This document shows, piece after piece, positions 53,448-64,000 of a stretch of 64,000 bases of DNA. This stretch comes from a bacterium (GTDB lineage Bacteria > RBG-13-61-14 > DATKZS01). The notes under the pieces are model-generated. The model saw only the letters and a list, made by a program, of their open reading frames with translations, made no database searches and was not told the DNA's origin. Made by a program: the position numbers and the translations under genes. The stretch covers positions 128,001-192,000 of the forward strand of contig CAXXFL010000005.1 in the NCBI GenBank assembly GCA_963674965.2, written 5' to 3'. Every line of letters begins with the position of its first letter. Within the stretch, counting starts at the first letter, position 1.

Positions 53448-53783
53448 CTACCTCCCCTGGCCGTCGTGGACATGGGCGTGGTGGCAACGTTCCGATTCAG
53501 GGAGCTCTTGAGCCTCTTTAGGGCGTATGCGCGCCCTGACCCAGCGCGGTATGAATATTATGGCCGAAACGAGTCCGCCCAGTATCCCGGCCCCGGCAAG
53601 GCCGGTGGGACATCCGGGCTGGCCGCAAAAGGGGCAAACCGTTCCGCCGGACAGGGCGAATACTCCCGTCCACAGACCCAGGAACCGGGCCGCCTCCAGA
53701 AAAAACCTCGATCGAATCCTTTTAAGGCCCCCGCCCGGCGAGTCGTCATGCCCGGTTTCTTTCATTTCTTTCAAGTCGTCCAT
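53448..53783 (-). CDS. Small membrane protein with CPFCGQPGC motif and His-rich tail
   Basis: CxxCxxxxC between two hydrophobic segments; C-terminal HHAHVH. Confidence 0.6.
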   Translation of the reverse strand: MDDLKEMKETGHDDSPGGGLKRIRSRFFLEAARFLGLWTGVFALSGGTVCPFCGQPGCPTGLAGAGILGGLVSAIIFIPRWVRARIRPKEAQELPESERCHHAHVHDGQGR

Positions 53784-53926
53784 TTTCTTTATAATAGGAC
53801 AGAGCGTGAGGGCGGTCAAGATAAATGCCGGAGTCAGGTACGTAGATTTTTCGCGTTGGAGTTTGGGCTGGATTAGCCTTTTTTTTTCATTATTTGCAAA
53901 CTTTGGATTTCGGTAGTATATATATT

Positions 53927-53953
53927 TTGGCACTCCATATAGCCGAGTGCCAA
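53927..53953 (+). promoter_or_regulatory. CIRCE element (HrcA operator)
   Basis: TTGGCACTC-N9-GAGTGCCAA upstream of groES. Confidence 0.92.
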
Positions 53954-54089
53954 TTTTTTTCGTTTTTCGCCTTGACAACCTTGGTCAAGGTGATTACAAA
54001 ATATTCGTGGTCTAAAAAACTCTGGGGGAGATTTTTATTCGTTTTTTTGCAAAGTCGATATCTTTCAATAACTTAAGGAGGACAAAGGA

Positions 54090-54386
54090 ATGAGTGTTAA
54101 AATGCGCCCGTTGCAGGATCGTATCCTGGTGAAGCAACTGGAGGGTGAGGACAAGAGCGCGGGAGGTATAATTATTCCCGACTCGGCCAAGGAGAAGCCC
54201 TATCAGGGCGAGGTAATAGCCGTTGGCAACGGCAAGAAGCTGGAGGACGGCACGGTGCGTCCGCTTGACGTGAAGAAGGGCGACATAATCCTTTTCGAGC
54301 GTTACGCCGGCACGAACGTAAAGATCGACGGTGAGGAATACCTCATCATGCGCGAGGACGACGTACTCGCGGCGGTCGAGAAATAA
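54090..54386 (+). CDS. groES: Co-chaperonin GroES
   Basis: [29 protein letters not shown]. Confidence 0.98.
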   Translation: MSVKMRPLQDRILVKQLEGEDKSAGGIIIPDSAKEKPYQGEVIAVGNGKKLEDGTVRPLDVKKGDIILFERYAGTNVKIDGEEYLIMREDDVLAAVEK

Positions 54387-54404
54387 GCCGGACCATATAA
54401 ATAA

Positions 54405-56075
<1,671 letters not shown>

Positions 56076-56096
56076 GCTTAAACCAGCTTGACCCGG

Positions 56097-56131
56097 GCGG
56101 CGGGGGACTCGATTCCCTCGCCGCTTTTTTC
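56097..56131 (+). terminator. Intrinsic terminator after groEL
   Basis: GCGGCGGGGG...CCCTCGCCGC followed by a T tract. Confidence 0.7.
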
Positions 56132-56266
56132 TCTTTCGAGGCTTGCGATCGGTCTCTTTCCCGTCCCTCTTGAATTGGCGGCCAAGCTGATACTAAAGTA
56201 AGGGATGTTCCTCATGAGTATCCGTGGTTCAAACCGGCCCTTTTTCCGACTCGCGGAAAATCCGTC

Positions 56267-57700
56267 ATGAAGCGTCCCCTCGCGTCGATCATCATCCCGG
56301 CCCGCGACGAGGAGGCCAACCTGGCCCGTTGCCTCGAGGCGATCAACGGCCAGGACACCGGCTTCGAGTACGAGGTCATCGTGGTCGACTCGGGCTCGAG
56401 GGACAAGACGGCCCAGGTCGCCGAGTCCATGGGCGCGACGGTCATCGAGATCGGGCGGGACTCCTTCCAGCACGGCCGGACCAGGCAAATGGCGGCCGAG
56501 CGCTCGAGGGGAGAATACGTGGTCTGCCTGGTGGCGGACGCGGTCCCGGCCGACTCCCGCTGGCTGGGGAAGCTGGTCGAGGCCTCGTCGGGAGAGGGCG
56601 TCGCGGGGGCCTACTCGAGGCAGGTACCCCGCGAGGGCGCCGGGCCCATCGAGGCCCACCGCCTCGAGCACCGGGGGTCCTTTCGGCTCGAGCCAAGGAT
56701 AGCCGAGATCAAGGACATGGACTTCTGGGCCATGACGCCCAAGCAAAGGCTCGATTTCTGCGAGTTCGACGACGTGTCCGCCTGCCGGAGGCGGTCGGTA
56801 ATGGACCGCTTCCCCATTCCCGAGGTTGACTGGGCGGAGGACCTGCTCTGGGCCAAGAAGGTCCTCCTGGCCGGATACAAGATAGCCTACGAGCCGGAAT
56901 CGGTGGTCAGGCATTCTCACAAGGACGACCTCGCCCACGCCTTTAAAAGAGGATACCTGGACCAGACCGTGGTGAAGGAGTTCTTCGGGCTGATCTTTTT
57001 CGACTCGGCCCGGGCCCTGGCCAAAGGATACGCCCTCATGGCGGCCGAGCGCTCCCGAGTCATCGCCGGGCGCTCGCGCGGTCCCGCCGCGAGGGCGAGA
57101 ACCACCGGAGCCGACGCGGTCCTGCTCGCCTCCCAACTCGCCGGCAACTACGCGGCCTCGCGAGACGTGAAGACCGGCCACGCGGTCCACGATCTCACCT
57201 CCATCATGTCGAAGCGGAGGGCCTCTCGAGTCTCGCGCTCGGGCTCGATCATGAAAACCCGTTTCGTCCTGGACGCCGACGGACGGCCCACGCTCTTCAT
57301 GAACCCCGACGCCCACGCCTCGGCGCGGCTGAGGATACCGGAGGGAGGAAGACTGCGGTTCGGCGCGGCCCTCAACCCGGAATGTCGCCCCCACCGAAAG
57401 GGCCCCGTAAGGTTTATCGCCGCCGTCGGGCAAGAGCCGCTGTGGGACAGATGGATCGGACCCGGCGCGAGAGGCGCGGCGCCCAAGTGGGAGGAGGCCG
57501 ACGTGGACTTATCGAAATGGGCGGGAAAAGAAGTCACTCTTTCCCTTATTACGCGGGCCAGGGACACGTCCCACGCCTGGGCCGGATGGGGGAATCCGCG
57601 CGTTATGGCCGAGCGGTTGTCCGGTATCGACCTGATCTATAACCGAGCGCTCGAGACCATCAGGGAGAAAGCCATGGGCAAGCCCCTCCGGCGCCCGTGA
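56267..57700 (+). CDS. Glycosyltransferase family 2 (rhamnosyltransferase-like) with extra C-terminal beta-sandwich domain
   Basis: SIIIP, VVDSGSRD.T, F.HG.TR, AYSRQ.PR, AED..WA, YEP.S.V.HSH. Confidence 0.9.
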   Translation: MKRPLASIIIPARDEEANLARCLEAINGQDTGFEYEVIVVDSGSRDKTAQVAESMGATVIEIGRDSFQHGRTRQMAAERSRGEYVVCLVADAVPADSRWLGKLVEASSGEGVAGAYSRQVPREGAGPIEAHRLEHRGSFRLEPRIAEIKDMDFWAMTPKQRLDFCEFDDVSACRRRSVMDRFPIPEVDWAEDLLWAKKVLLAGYKIAYEPESVVRHSHKDDLAHAFKRGYLDQTVVKEFFGLIFFDSARALAKGYALMAAERSRVIAGRSRGPAARARTTGADAVLLASQLAGNYAASRDVKTGHAVHDLTSIMSKRRASRVSRSGSIMKTRFVLDADGRPTLFMNPDAHASARLRIPEGGRLRFGAALNPECRPHRKGPVRFIAAVGQEPLWDRWIGPGARGAAPKWEEADVDLSKWAGKEVTLSLITRARDTSHAWAGWGNPRVMAERLSGIDLIYNRALETIREKAMGKPLRRP

Positions 57701-57777
57701 ATCGCGTCCGTCCTTATAGTAAGATAATGCCCGACGCCGGGCCATAACCGGGGCTCGAAAAATCGAAGGAGGAAAAA

Positions 57778-57975
57778 ATGGCCGATTGTCCGAACAGGGA
57801 AAGGAACCTGAAAGAATGCAACTGCACTTACGAGCCTTGCGGCAGGAAGGGCATTTGCTGCGAGTGCATAGCCTACCATCGGCGGATGGGCGAGATTCCC
57901 GCTTGCCTTTTCAGCAAGGAGGGGGAGGCGACTTACGACCGTTCCATCTCCATGTTCAAGAAGAAACACATGTAG
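57778..57975 (+). CDS. Small Cys-rich protein (DUF6485-like)
   Basis: [39 protein letters not shown]...E.TYDRS. Confidence 0.8.
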   Translation: MADCPNRERNLKECNCTYEPCGRKGICCECIAYHRRMGEIPACLFSKEGEATYDRSISMFKKKHM

Positions 57976-58028
57976 GTGACCATGGCGATAAATATTGTAA
58001 ATGAACGGCGGGGGGGCGGCCCGGGGAT

Positions 58029-59807
58029 TTGAAGGTCCTGTTCATATATCCCGACGTGGGGACCCTGATTCCGGCCGATTATCAGCATGGCCTGGGCGTG
58101 CTCATGGCCGTGCTGAAAAAGGCGGGACACGAGGCGGGGCTGATCTACGCCCATGACGAGTTGGAAAGAGGCGACCTTATCGGGAAAGTCCGCGCCTTCG
58201 ATCCGGGCCTCGTGGCTTTCACCTCGGTGAGCAGCCAGTTCCAGCGGGCCGCTCGCTACGCCGAGTGGATCAAGGATAGCGAGCGGGTCCCGACCGTTAT
58301 AGGGGGCGTCCACGCGACCCTGTCCCCCGAGGAGGTCATGGCCCGGCCCGGCTTCGACATGCTTTGCAGGGGAGAGGGGGAAGAGGCCCTGCTCGAGCTG
58401 GCCGACGGCCTCGAGGCGGGCCATGACGTCAGCGGCCTGGCCAACCTCTGGGTCAAGCGCGGAGGCGACGTGGTCCGGAACAAGGTCCGTCCCCTTATCC
58501 GGGACCTTGACGAGCTTCCCTTCCCCGACCGGGGACCCTTCGACTTCGAGAGGATACTCGAGGGCAAGGACGGGGCCTGCTCCATGCTCATGGGGAGAGG
58601 ATGCCCCTACGATTGCGCCTACTGCGCCAACGAGGGACTGCGGGCCCTTTACAAGGGAGGAGGCCAATACGTCCGGACCAGGTCGGTGGACTCCGTGCTC
58701 GAGGAAATGAGGTCCCTCCTCGAGCGCTACGACGTCAAAAAATGGGAGTTCAACGACGACGTGTTCACCTTGAAAAAAAACTGGATGATGGAATTCCTCG
58801 ACCGCTATCCTCGCGAGTTCAGCCTGCCCTTCGACGTGAACGTCAGGGTCGAGACGGCCGACCGGGCCTCTCTTTTCGCCCTTAAAAAGGCCGGGTGCGA
58901 GCAGATCAGGGTGGGGGTCGAGTCGGGCAGCGACCGGGTCCGGGCCGAGATCATGGGACGGCGCATGCCCCGGGAGAGCATAATCTCCGTGTTCAGGAAC
59001 GCCGAGGAGGCGGGCCTTAAAACCTGGTCCTTTAACATGGTGGGCCTGCCGGGAGAGACCGAGGAGGACGCCATGCAAACGGTGCGGCTAAACGACGAGC
59101 TCGGGCCCGACCAGATGCAGGTCAGCGTCTTCAACCCCTATCCGGGCACCCGGCTCTACGATTTATGTCTCGAGAGGGGCGTAATATCGGACGACTCGAG
59201 GGACGGTTACTTCCTGCCCGAGTCGGCCCTCAAGCTGCCCGAGTTTCATCCCGACGCCATTAAAAGAGTACACGCCGAGCTTATCCGGACCCGCGACAAG
59301 TGGCACACGAAAAAAAAGCTTTTGGCCCTGCTTGGCGGCAAGCCACCTTTCCTCGACCTGGTGGACGCCCTTGAGGACGCCCGCATACAAACTCCCGAGC
59401 CCATCTTCGTGGGTGAGGATTTCTTCTGGATCGGGCGGGACGCGAGAAGGACCCTCCGAATTCACCCGCCTTCCCGCGCGCTTTTCAAGCTCAGGCTGCC
59501 GGCCGCCCCCCAGTTCAGGTTCAGCCTGGCCATGCATCCCCAGGTCCTGGACAGGCCCGGCGGAGACGGCGTGGTCTTCACCGTCCGCGTGGGCAGGTTC
59601 GTTCGGACCATGAAGAAAGTTTTCGAGAAGACCATCGACCCCAAGCGGCGGGAAGAGGATCGGGGATGGTTGGACCAGTCGATCGATTTGGACGCCTGGG
59701 CCAAAAGGAAGGTCTACCTCGAAATATCGACGCGGACGGCCGATCCCGACTCTCCCGACCACAACACGGTGGGGCTGGGTTATCCTATTATAGTGGAGCG
59801 AGACTGA
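58029..59807 (+). CDS. Cobalamin-binding radical SAM enzyme with extra C-terminal domain
   Basis: GGVHAT, GEGE, LPFPDR, GRGCPYDCAYC, DDVF, GVESGS, MVGLPGET, PYPGT; TTG start. Confidence 0.93.
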   Translation: MKVLFIYPDVGTLIPADYQHGLGVLMAVLKKAGHEAGLIYAHDELERGDLIGKVRAFDPGLVAFTSVSSQFQRAARYAEWIKDSERVPTVIGGVHATLSPEEVMARPGFDMLCRGEGEEALLELADGLEAGHDVSGLANLWVKRGGDVVRNKVRPLIRDLDELPFPDRGPFDFERILEGKDGACSMLMGRGCPYDCAYCANEGLRALYKGGGQYVRTRSVDSVLEEMRSLLERYDVKKWEFNDDVFTLKKNWMMEFLDRYPREFSLPFDVNVRVETADRASLFALKKAGCEQIRVGVESGSDRVRAEIMGRRMPRESIISVFRNAEEAGLKTWSFNMVGLPGETEEDAMQTVRLNDELGPDQMQVSVFNPYPGTRLYDLCLERGVISDDSRDGYFLPESALKLPEFHPDAIKRVHAELIRTRDKWHTKKKLLALLGGKPPFLDLVDALEDARIQTPEPIFVGEDFFWIGRDARRTLRIHPPSRALFKLRLPAAPQFRFSLAMHPQVLDRPGGDGVVFTVRVGRFVRTMKKVFEKTIDPKRREEDRGWLDQSIDLDAWAKRKVYLEISTRTADPDSPDHNTVGLGYPIIVERD

Positions 59808-60931
59808 TGTTCTCGGAAGATTCGATAAGGAACATGAAGGACTCGATCGAGTCGGGCCGGCCCGCGTCGGGTCCCACTGACCTCCAAATCCTGCCCACGG
59901 CCAGGTGCAACGCGGCCTGCGCCTTTTGTCCGCTCCAGGCTGTACCCAGCCGCCACAAGCCCCGCGTGCCCAGGTTCACCATGTACAAGGAGGACCTGCC
60001 GGGAGGAGTGCTGGACAGGCTGGCCGACGACCTCTATCATCTCGGCGGCCTGAAAAGGGTCACCATCACGGGAGGCGAGCCCCTGCTCTACGGTCTGATC
60101 ATCCCGGCCATCTTCCAGTTCACCCGCTCTTTTCCCGAGGCCCGCCTGACCATCGTGACCAACGGCCTGCGTCTTAAAAAGTTCGCGCCGATCCTGCCCC
60201 GTCTCGGTCTGCATAACCTGAGCGTCAGTCTCAACGCGGGCCGGCCCGAAAGTTACGCGTCGCAAAACCCCGGCTCCGCGCCCGAGTCCTTCGGGCAAAT
60301 TCTCGAGGGTATCGAGAGCCTGGTCAAGACCAGGAATGGACTGGAGTTAAAGGACCCCCACGTCACCCTCTCGGTCGTTCTGACCAGGCACTCGGCCGGC
60401 GACGTGAAGGAGCTTTACGAAATCGGGGCCAGGACCGGCGTAAACGCGGTCACCTTCATCCCCCTGATGCGGATCGTGATCGATGGGGACCCCTCGAACG
60501 ACGGGCTTGCACTCGGCCGGGAAGACCTGGCCAGGTTCCATGAGGAATTGGCCATGTACTCGGAGAAGGCCAAGAATGACGGCTTCTATCTTGGCTACGC
60601 CGGCGAGGAGGACGACGGCGGGGTGATCTCCGACAATGGTCTTTATAAGACCCAGCCCTGCTACGCGGGCTATTCCTTCGCCGCGGTCTACCCGAGCGGA
60701 GACGTAAGGACCTGCTGCCACTGCGAGCCGATCATGGGCAACCTCCGTCACCGCTCGTTCGGAGAAATCTGGAACTCGGAAAAATACGCGGGGCGCCGGC
60801 GCAAGATGGCCCAGATTCATAATAACGGCGGAATCATCGAGGGATGCCTGTGCTCCGAGTGCGGATACCTTTTCGAGAATAAGGAATATCATCGGCTGCT
60901 GGGAACGGCGGGAAACGATGAACGACCGTGA
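59807..60931 (+). CDS. Radical SAM enzyme with SPASM/twitch domain
   Basis: CNAACAFC, TGGEPL, TNG, C...GDVRTCC..MGNL...EIWN..C..C; TGATG overlap. Confidence 0.92.
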   Translation: MFSEDSIRNMKDSIESGRPASGPTDLQILPTARCNAACAFCPLQAVPSRHKPRVPRFTMYKEDLPGGVLDRLADDLYHLGGLKRVTITGGEPLLYGLIIPAIFQFTRSFPEARLTIVTNGLRLKKFAPILPRLGLHNLSVSLNAGRPESYASQNPGSAPESFGQILEGIESLVKTRNGLELKDPHVTLSVVLTRHSAGDVKELYEIGARTGVNAVTFIPLMRIVIDGDPSNDGLALGREDLARFHEELAMYSEKAKNDGFYLGYAGEEDDGGVISDNGLYKTQPCYAGYSFAAVYPSGDVRTCCHCEPIMGNLRHRSFGEIWNSEKYAGRRRKMAQIHNNGGIIEGCLCSECGYLFENKEYHRLLGTAGNDERP

Positions 60932-61976
60932 GCGGCTCCTTTTTTACTACGCGGCCGGGCGCCTCTTCCTGCCCAGGCCCCGCTATCTTTGCTTCAACTC
61001 GACCCTTCGCTGCGACGGACGCTGCGTCCACTGCGGTATCTGGAAGGACAAGTCCGGACCTGAGCGGGGCGAGATCGGCGCCGCCGAGTTGGGCCGTATC
61101 CTGGACCAGCCTTTTTTCCATCGGATCGAGACGGCCTGGATAACCGGGGGCGAGCCCACCTTGAGAGAAGATATCCCCGAGGTGGCGAAAGCCCTTACCG
61201 GCCGCCTGCCATCCCTTTCCACCCTGGGAATTGCCACGAACGGTCTCGCCCCGGCGCGGGTCCTCGGCCGGGCCCGGGGCATGATCGAGGCGGCCGGGCC
61301 TTCCCGATCCGTCTTTTTCCACGTCTCCCTCGATGGAGCGGGCGACACGCACGACCTGGCCCGGAACCGGCAAGGCGCCTTCAAGGCGGTCATGGAAACC
61401 GTGGCCGGCCTGAAGAAACTGCAAAGCGCAAAATCGGGCGCCCGCGTCGAGATAGGACTCAACTGCGTCATAAGCCCCGTCAACGTGGCTGGGCTGGACG
61501 CCCTTCACGAGCTGGCCCGCGACCTCGGCGTGCCCATCACCTTCAACCTGGCGCTGGTCACGGACCAGGTTTACCGAAACGCGGAGGCCGAGAAGGACCT
61601 TGTCCCCTCCGATAAGCAACGGCTCGAGGTGATCGAGTTCCTGGACCGGATCGCGCCCGTCAGCCCCGCGCCCTTTCAGTACCAGTACAATATTATCCAG
61701 GCCATACTGCGAGGAAGACCGAGACCGAGAAGGTGCCTCACCATGTTCAGCACGATCAATATTAACGCCGACGCCACGCTTATCCTTTGCCCGGCGGCCT
61801 CGGACTGGTTTCCCGAGGACGTGACGGGCAAGGACTTAACCAGGATATGGAACGGCCCCGCGGCCCGCGAGACGAGGAGGAGGGTCATAAGGGAGCTTTG
61901 TCCGAGTTGCCCCCTCAGCTGCTCGCTGGGCGACTCGATGCCGTTTTCCGAATGGGTCCGGGGATGGGAAGGCTGA
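60918..61976 (+). CDS. Radical SAM enzyme with SPASM/twitch domain
   Basis: CDGRCVHC, TGGEPTL, TNG, VSLDG..HD..R, C..LILC..IWN..CPSC..SC. Confidence 0.92.
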   Translation: MNDRERLLFYYAAGRLFLPRPRYLCFNSTLRCDGRCVHCGIWKDKSGPERGEIGAAELGRILDQPFFHRIETAWITGGEPTLREDIPEVAKALTGRLPSLSTLGIATNGLAPARVLGRARGMIEAAGPSRSVFFHVSLDGAGDTHDLARNRQGAFKAVMETVAGLKKLQSAKSGARVEIGLNCVISPVNVAGLDALHELARDLGVPITFNLALVTDQVYRNAEAEKDLVPSDKQRLEVIEFLDRIAPVSPAPFQYQYNIIQAILRGRPRPRRCLTMFSTININADATLILCPAASDWFPEDVTGKDLTRIWNGPAARETRRRVIRELCPSCPLSCSLGDSMPFSEWVRGWEG

Positions 61977-61977
61977 A

Positions 61978-63048
61978 ATGGCGGCCCTGAAATTACCCCG
62001 CTTCCTTAAAAGGACGGACGAGGAAAAAATCGAGTCCGATCCCATGTCGGGCGTCGTGTTCGAGACCAGCGCCGTCTGTCAGCTCAGATGCCCCCATTGC
62101 GTCAGGATGGCCTGCGGGCAAGGTCCGTCGCCGTCCGTCATGCCCATGGCGGTCGTCGATCGGGTCCTGCCCGGCTTGCGGGATAAAGAGTCCATCGACC
62201 TTACCGGATGGGGCGAGCCCCTGCTCAACAAGGACCTCGTCGATATTATAAAAAAAATAAGGACGGGCTTTGGCGGCCGGATTACCATGACCACCAACGG
62301 CCTGTTATTGGACGAGGCCAAGACCAGGGCCCTGATCGAGCTGGGCCTGGACACGATATGCTTTTCCATGGACGCGGCGGACGAAGAGTCATACCACGCG
62401 GCCAGGCCGGGAGCGGACTGGGACCTGTTCAAGAAAAACCTCGCCTTCTTCAGCCGGATGAAGAGGAAAAGCGGCGTCGCGAATCCGCTGCTATTCGCCG
62501 CCTTCCTTCTTAGGCGCGAGGCCCTCGGTTCGGCGGCCGACTTCGTCAGGACCGCGGCCGAGCTGGGACTCGACGGAGTGGCCTTCCAGCAGCTTACCGG
62601 TCTCCTGTCCGAAAAGGACCTCGAGAGAGTCACCCACCGGGGCTACTTCGGAAACGACTTTGACGAGCGCCTATTGGACGAGGCCATGCAAAAGGCCATG
62701 GACGCCGCCCCCCCCGGCTTCACCATCGTCCTGCCCGAGACCATCGAGTCGAAAAGGGTCGGCGGCTGCGGCGGCTGGGACATAACCCGCCCCTTCATCA
62801 CGCCGGCGGGGGACGTGTCCCTTTGCTGCGCCATGGTTTACGATAACGACTTCCTCAAAAGGGATGGCGGGACGGCCCACATGCCGTCGGTGGTCTTCGG
62901 AAACCTGGCGAAAAATTCCCTGGCCCATATCTGGGACTCGCCCGAGTTCAGGAAAGTCCGGGACGAAATCAGGTCGGGAGCCGTTCCCGCGGCCTGCGGC
63001 GACTGCATCGGCCTGTACATGCGTCCCGGCCGGGTCTTTACAAAATAG
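61978..63048 (+). CDS. Radical SAM enzyme with SPASM/twitch domain
   Basis: CQLRCPHC, GWGEPLL, TTNG, GDVSLCC, FGNL...IW..P.F..R, CGDC. Confidence 0.92.
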   Translation: MAALKLPRFLKRTDEEKIESDPMSGVVFETSAVCQLRCPHCVRMACGQGPSPSVMPMAVVDRVLPGLRDKESIDLTGWGEPLLNKDLVDIIKKIRTGFGGRITMTTNGLLLDEAKTRALIELGLDTICFSMDAADEESYHAARPGADWDLFKKNLAFFSRMKRKSGVANPLLFAAFLLRREALGSAADFVRTAAELGLDGVAFQQLTGLLSEKDLERVTHRGYFGNDFDERLLDEAMQKAMDAAPPGFTIVLPETIESKRVGGCGGWDITRPFITPAGDVSLCCAMVYDNDFLKRDGGTAHMPSVVFGNLAKNSLAHIWDSPEFRKVRDEIRSGAVPAACGDCIGLYMRPGRVFTK

Positions 63049-63211
63049 GACAAGTTCGGGCCTTCGGGTATTGCATTGTTTTTTCAAGTCCCTTATAATC
63101 TCGTATACTTACTTTATTCACGGGGAAAAAACGCTTTTGCCGCGCGCCCCCGAGGCCGAGAGCGGTCCGGCGTTTTCGTTAAGTAAAATACACTTTTAAG
63201 GAGCAAGGGTG

Positions 63212-64000
63212 ATGAAAAGATACCTTAAGGCTTTTGTTGGCTTCGCGGCCGCCGCGCTGATTTCTCTTTCGGCGTCGGCCCAGACGCCCCCCTCGGAGAT
63301 AACCTACCAGGGGCGGCTATTCGATTCCACGGGATATCCGGTCTCGGGCACGGTCCTGATGGAGTTCAAGATCACCGACTACCAGTCGGAGATGCCCTCG
63401 GTGACCGACGAGCCCCATACCCTGGCGGGCGTGACGGCCGTGTCCCTTGGCCACGCTAACGTTCTCGCCACCTCGGACGTGGTCACGAGCCTTTCGGGCG
63501 CCACGGTCTACGTCCGCGCCGTGGACTATACCATCAATTACCTAAGCGGCTCGATCGCTCGGGTGGGAGGAGGCGGCATTCCCGACCCCTCCGACGTGCT
63601 GGTAGACTACTGGTACAGCCAGATGGTGACGACCCTGTGGTCCGAGACCCAGGCGGTCGAGGTGACCGACGGACTTTACTCGGTAAGGCTGGGCGCGTCC
63701 AATCCCCTGGACGCGTCCGTGCTCGAGAGCGGGGGGGCCTTCCTCGAGGTCAACGTGGAGGGACAGAGGCTTACGCCGCGCCAGCCCCTCACCAGCGTGC
63801 CCTACGCCATGATCGCCGGCAAGGTGATCGACGGCTCGAGTTCGGGGTTGGACGCGGACCTTCTGGACGGGCTCGACTCGACGGCCTTCTCCCTGGACGG
63901 GCACACTCACTCCGAGTACGCTCTTATCGGGCACACCCACACCGAGTACGCCCTCGCCGGCCACGACCACGACGCGGCGGATATAATCTCGGGCACTATT
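63212..64000 (+). CDS. Secreted tail-fibre-like adhesin, 5' portion (not in the ORF track because it is open at the window edge)
   Basis: Hand translation: MKRYLKAF...SASA/QTPPSEITYQGRL...LWSETQ.V.V.DGLYSV.LG...PRQPLTSVPYA...LDADLLDG...GHTHSEYA..GHTHTEYA..GHDH; AAGGAG RBS. Confidence 0.85.
   Translation, partial: MKRYLKAFVGFAAAALISLSASAQTPPSEITYQGRLFDSTGYPVSGTVLMEFKITDYQSEMPSVTDEPHTLAGVTAVSLGHANVLATSDVVTSLSGATVYVRAVDYTINYLSGSIARVGGGGIPDPSDVLVDYWYSQMVTTLWSETQAVEVTDGLYSVRLGASNPLDASVLESGGAFLEVNVEGQRLTPRQPLTSVPYAMIAGKVIDGSSSGLDADLLDGLDSTAFSLDGHTHSEYALIGHTHTEYALAGHDHDAADIISGTI

Overview
GC-rich bacterial chromosomal segment; the gene content and order are consistent with a deltaproteobacterium-like organism, which is an inference. 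From left to right: (1) a lower-GC surface-polysaccharide cluster on the minus strand (methyltransferase pseudogene, two GT4s, GT9, O-antigen ligase-like protein); (2) a TolC-MFP-RND-DUF2892 efflux operon; (3) ilvD, a GMC oxidoreductase, an orphan acetyl-CoA-synthase-like protein, a REP-like palindrome, a cyclase/FAH pair and two tandem paralogous membrane proteins; (4) a housekeeping block: ligA, acyP, deoxynucleoside kinase, panBCD (with a pan-motif hairpin and probable attenuator), rpsF-rpsR-rplI (with an S6:S18 leader), pabAB, and a glucuronokinase-like kinase plus nucleotidyltransferase; (5) a lower-GC island of secreted and lipoprotein genes headed by a promoter with G16 between -35 and -10; (6) sirC-like, greA, recG, a UbiA-family gene and CIRCE-groESL; (7) an unusual cluster of a GT2, a small Cys-rich protein, a B12-radical SAM enzyme and three SPASM/twitch radical SAM enzymes, in which the GT2 and the B12-rSAM share a homologous C-terminal domain. 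A signal-peptide, tail-fibre-like adhesin gene follows and runs off the window edge. I recognised no tRNA, rRNA, CRISPR array, transposase or integrase. All family calls come from motif recognition by eye, not from database searches.
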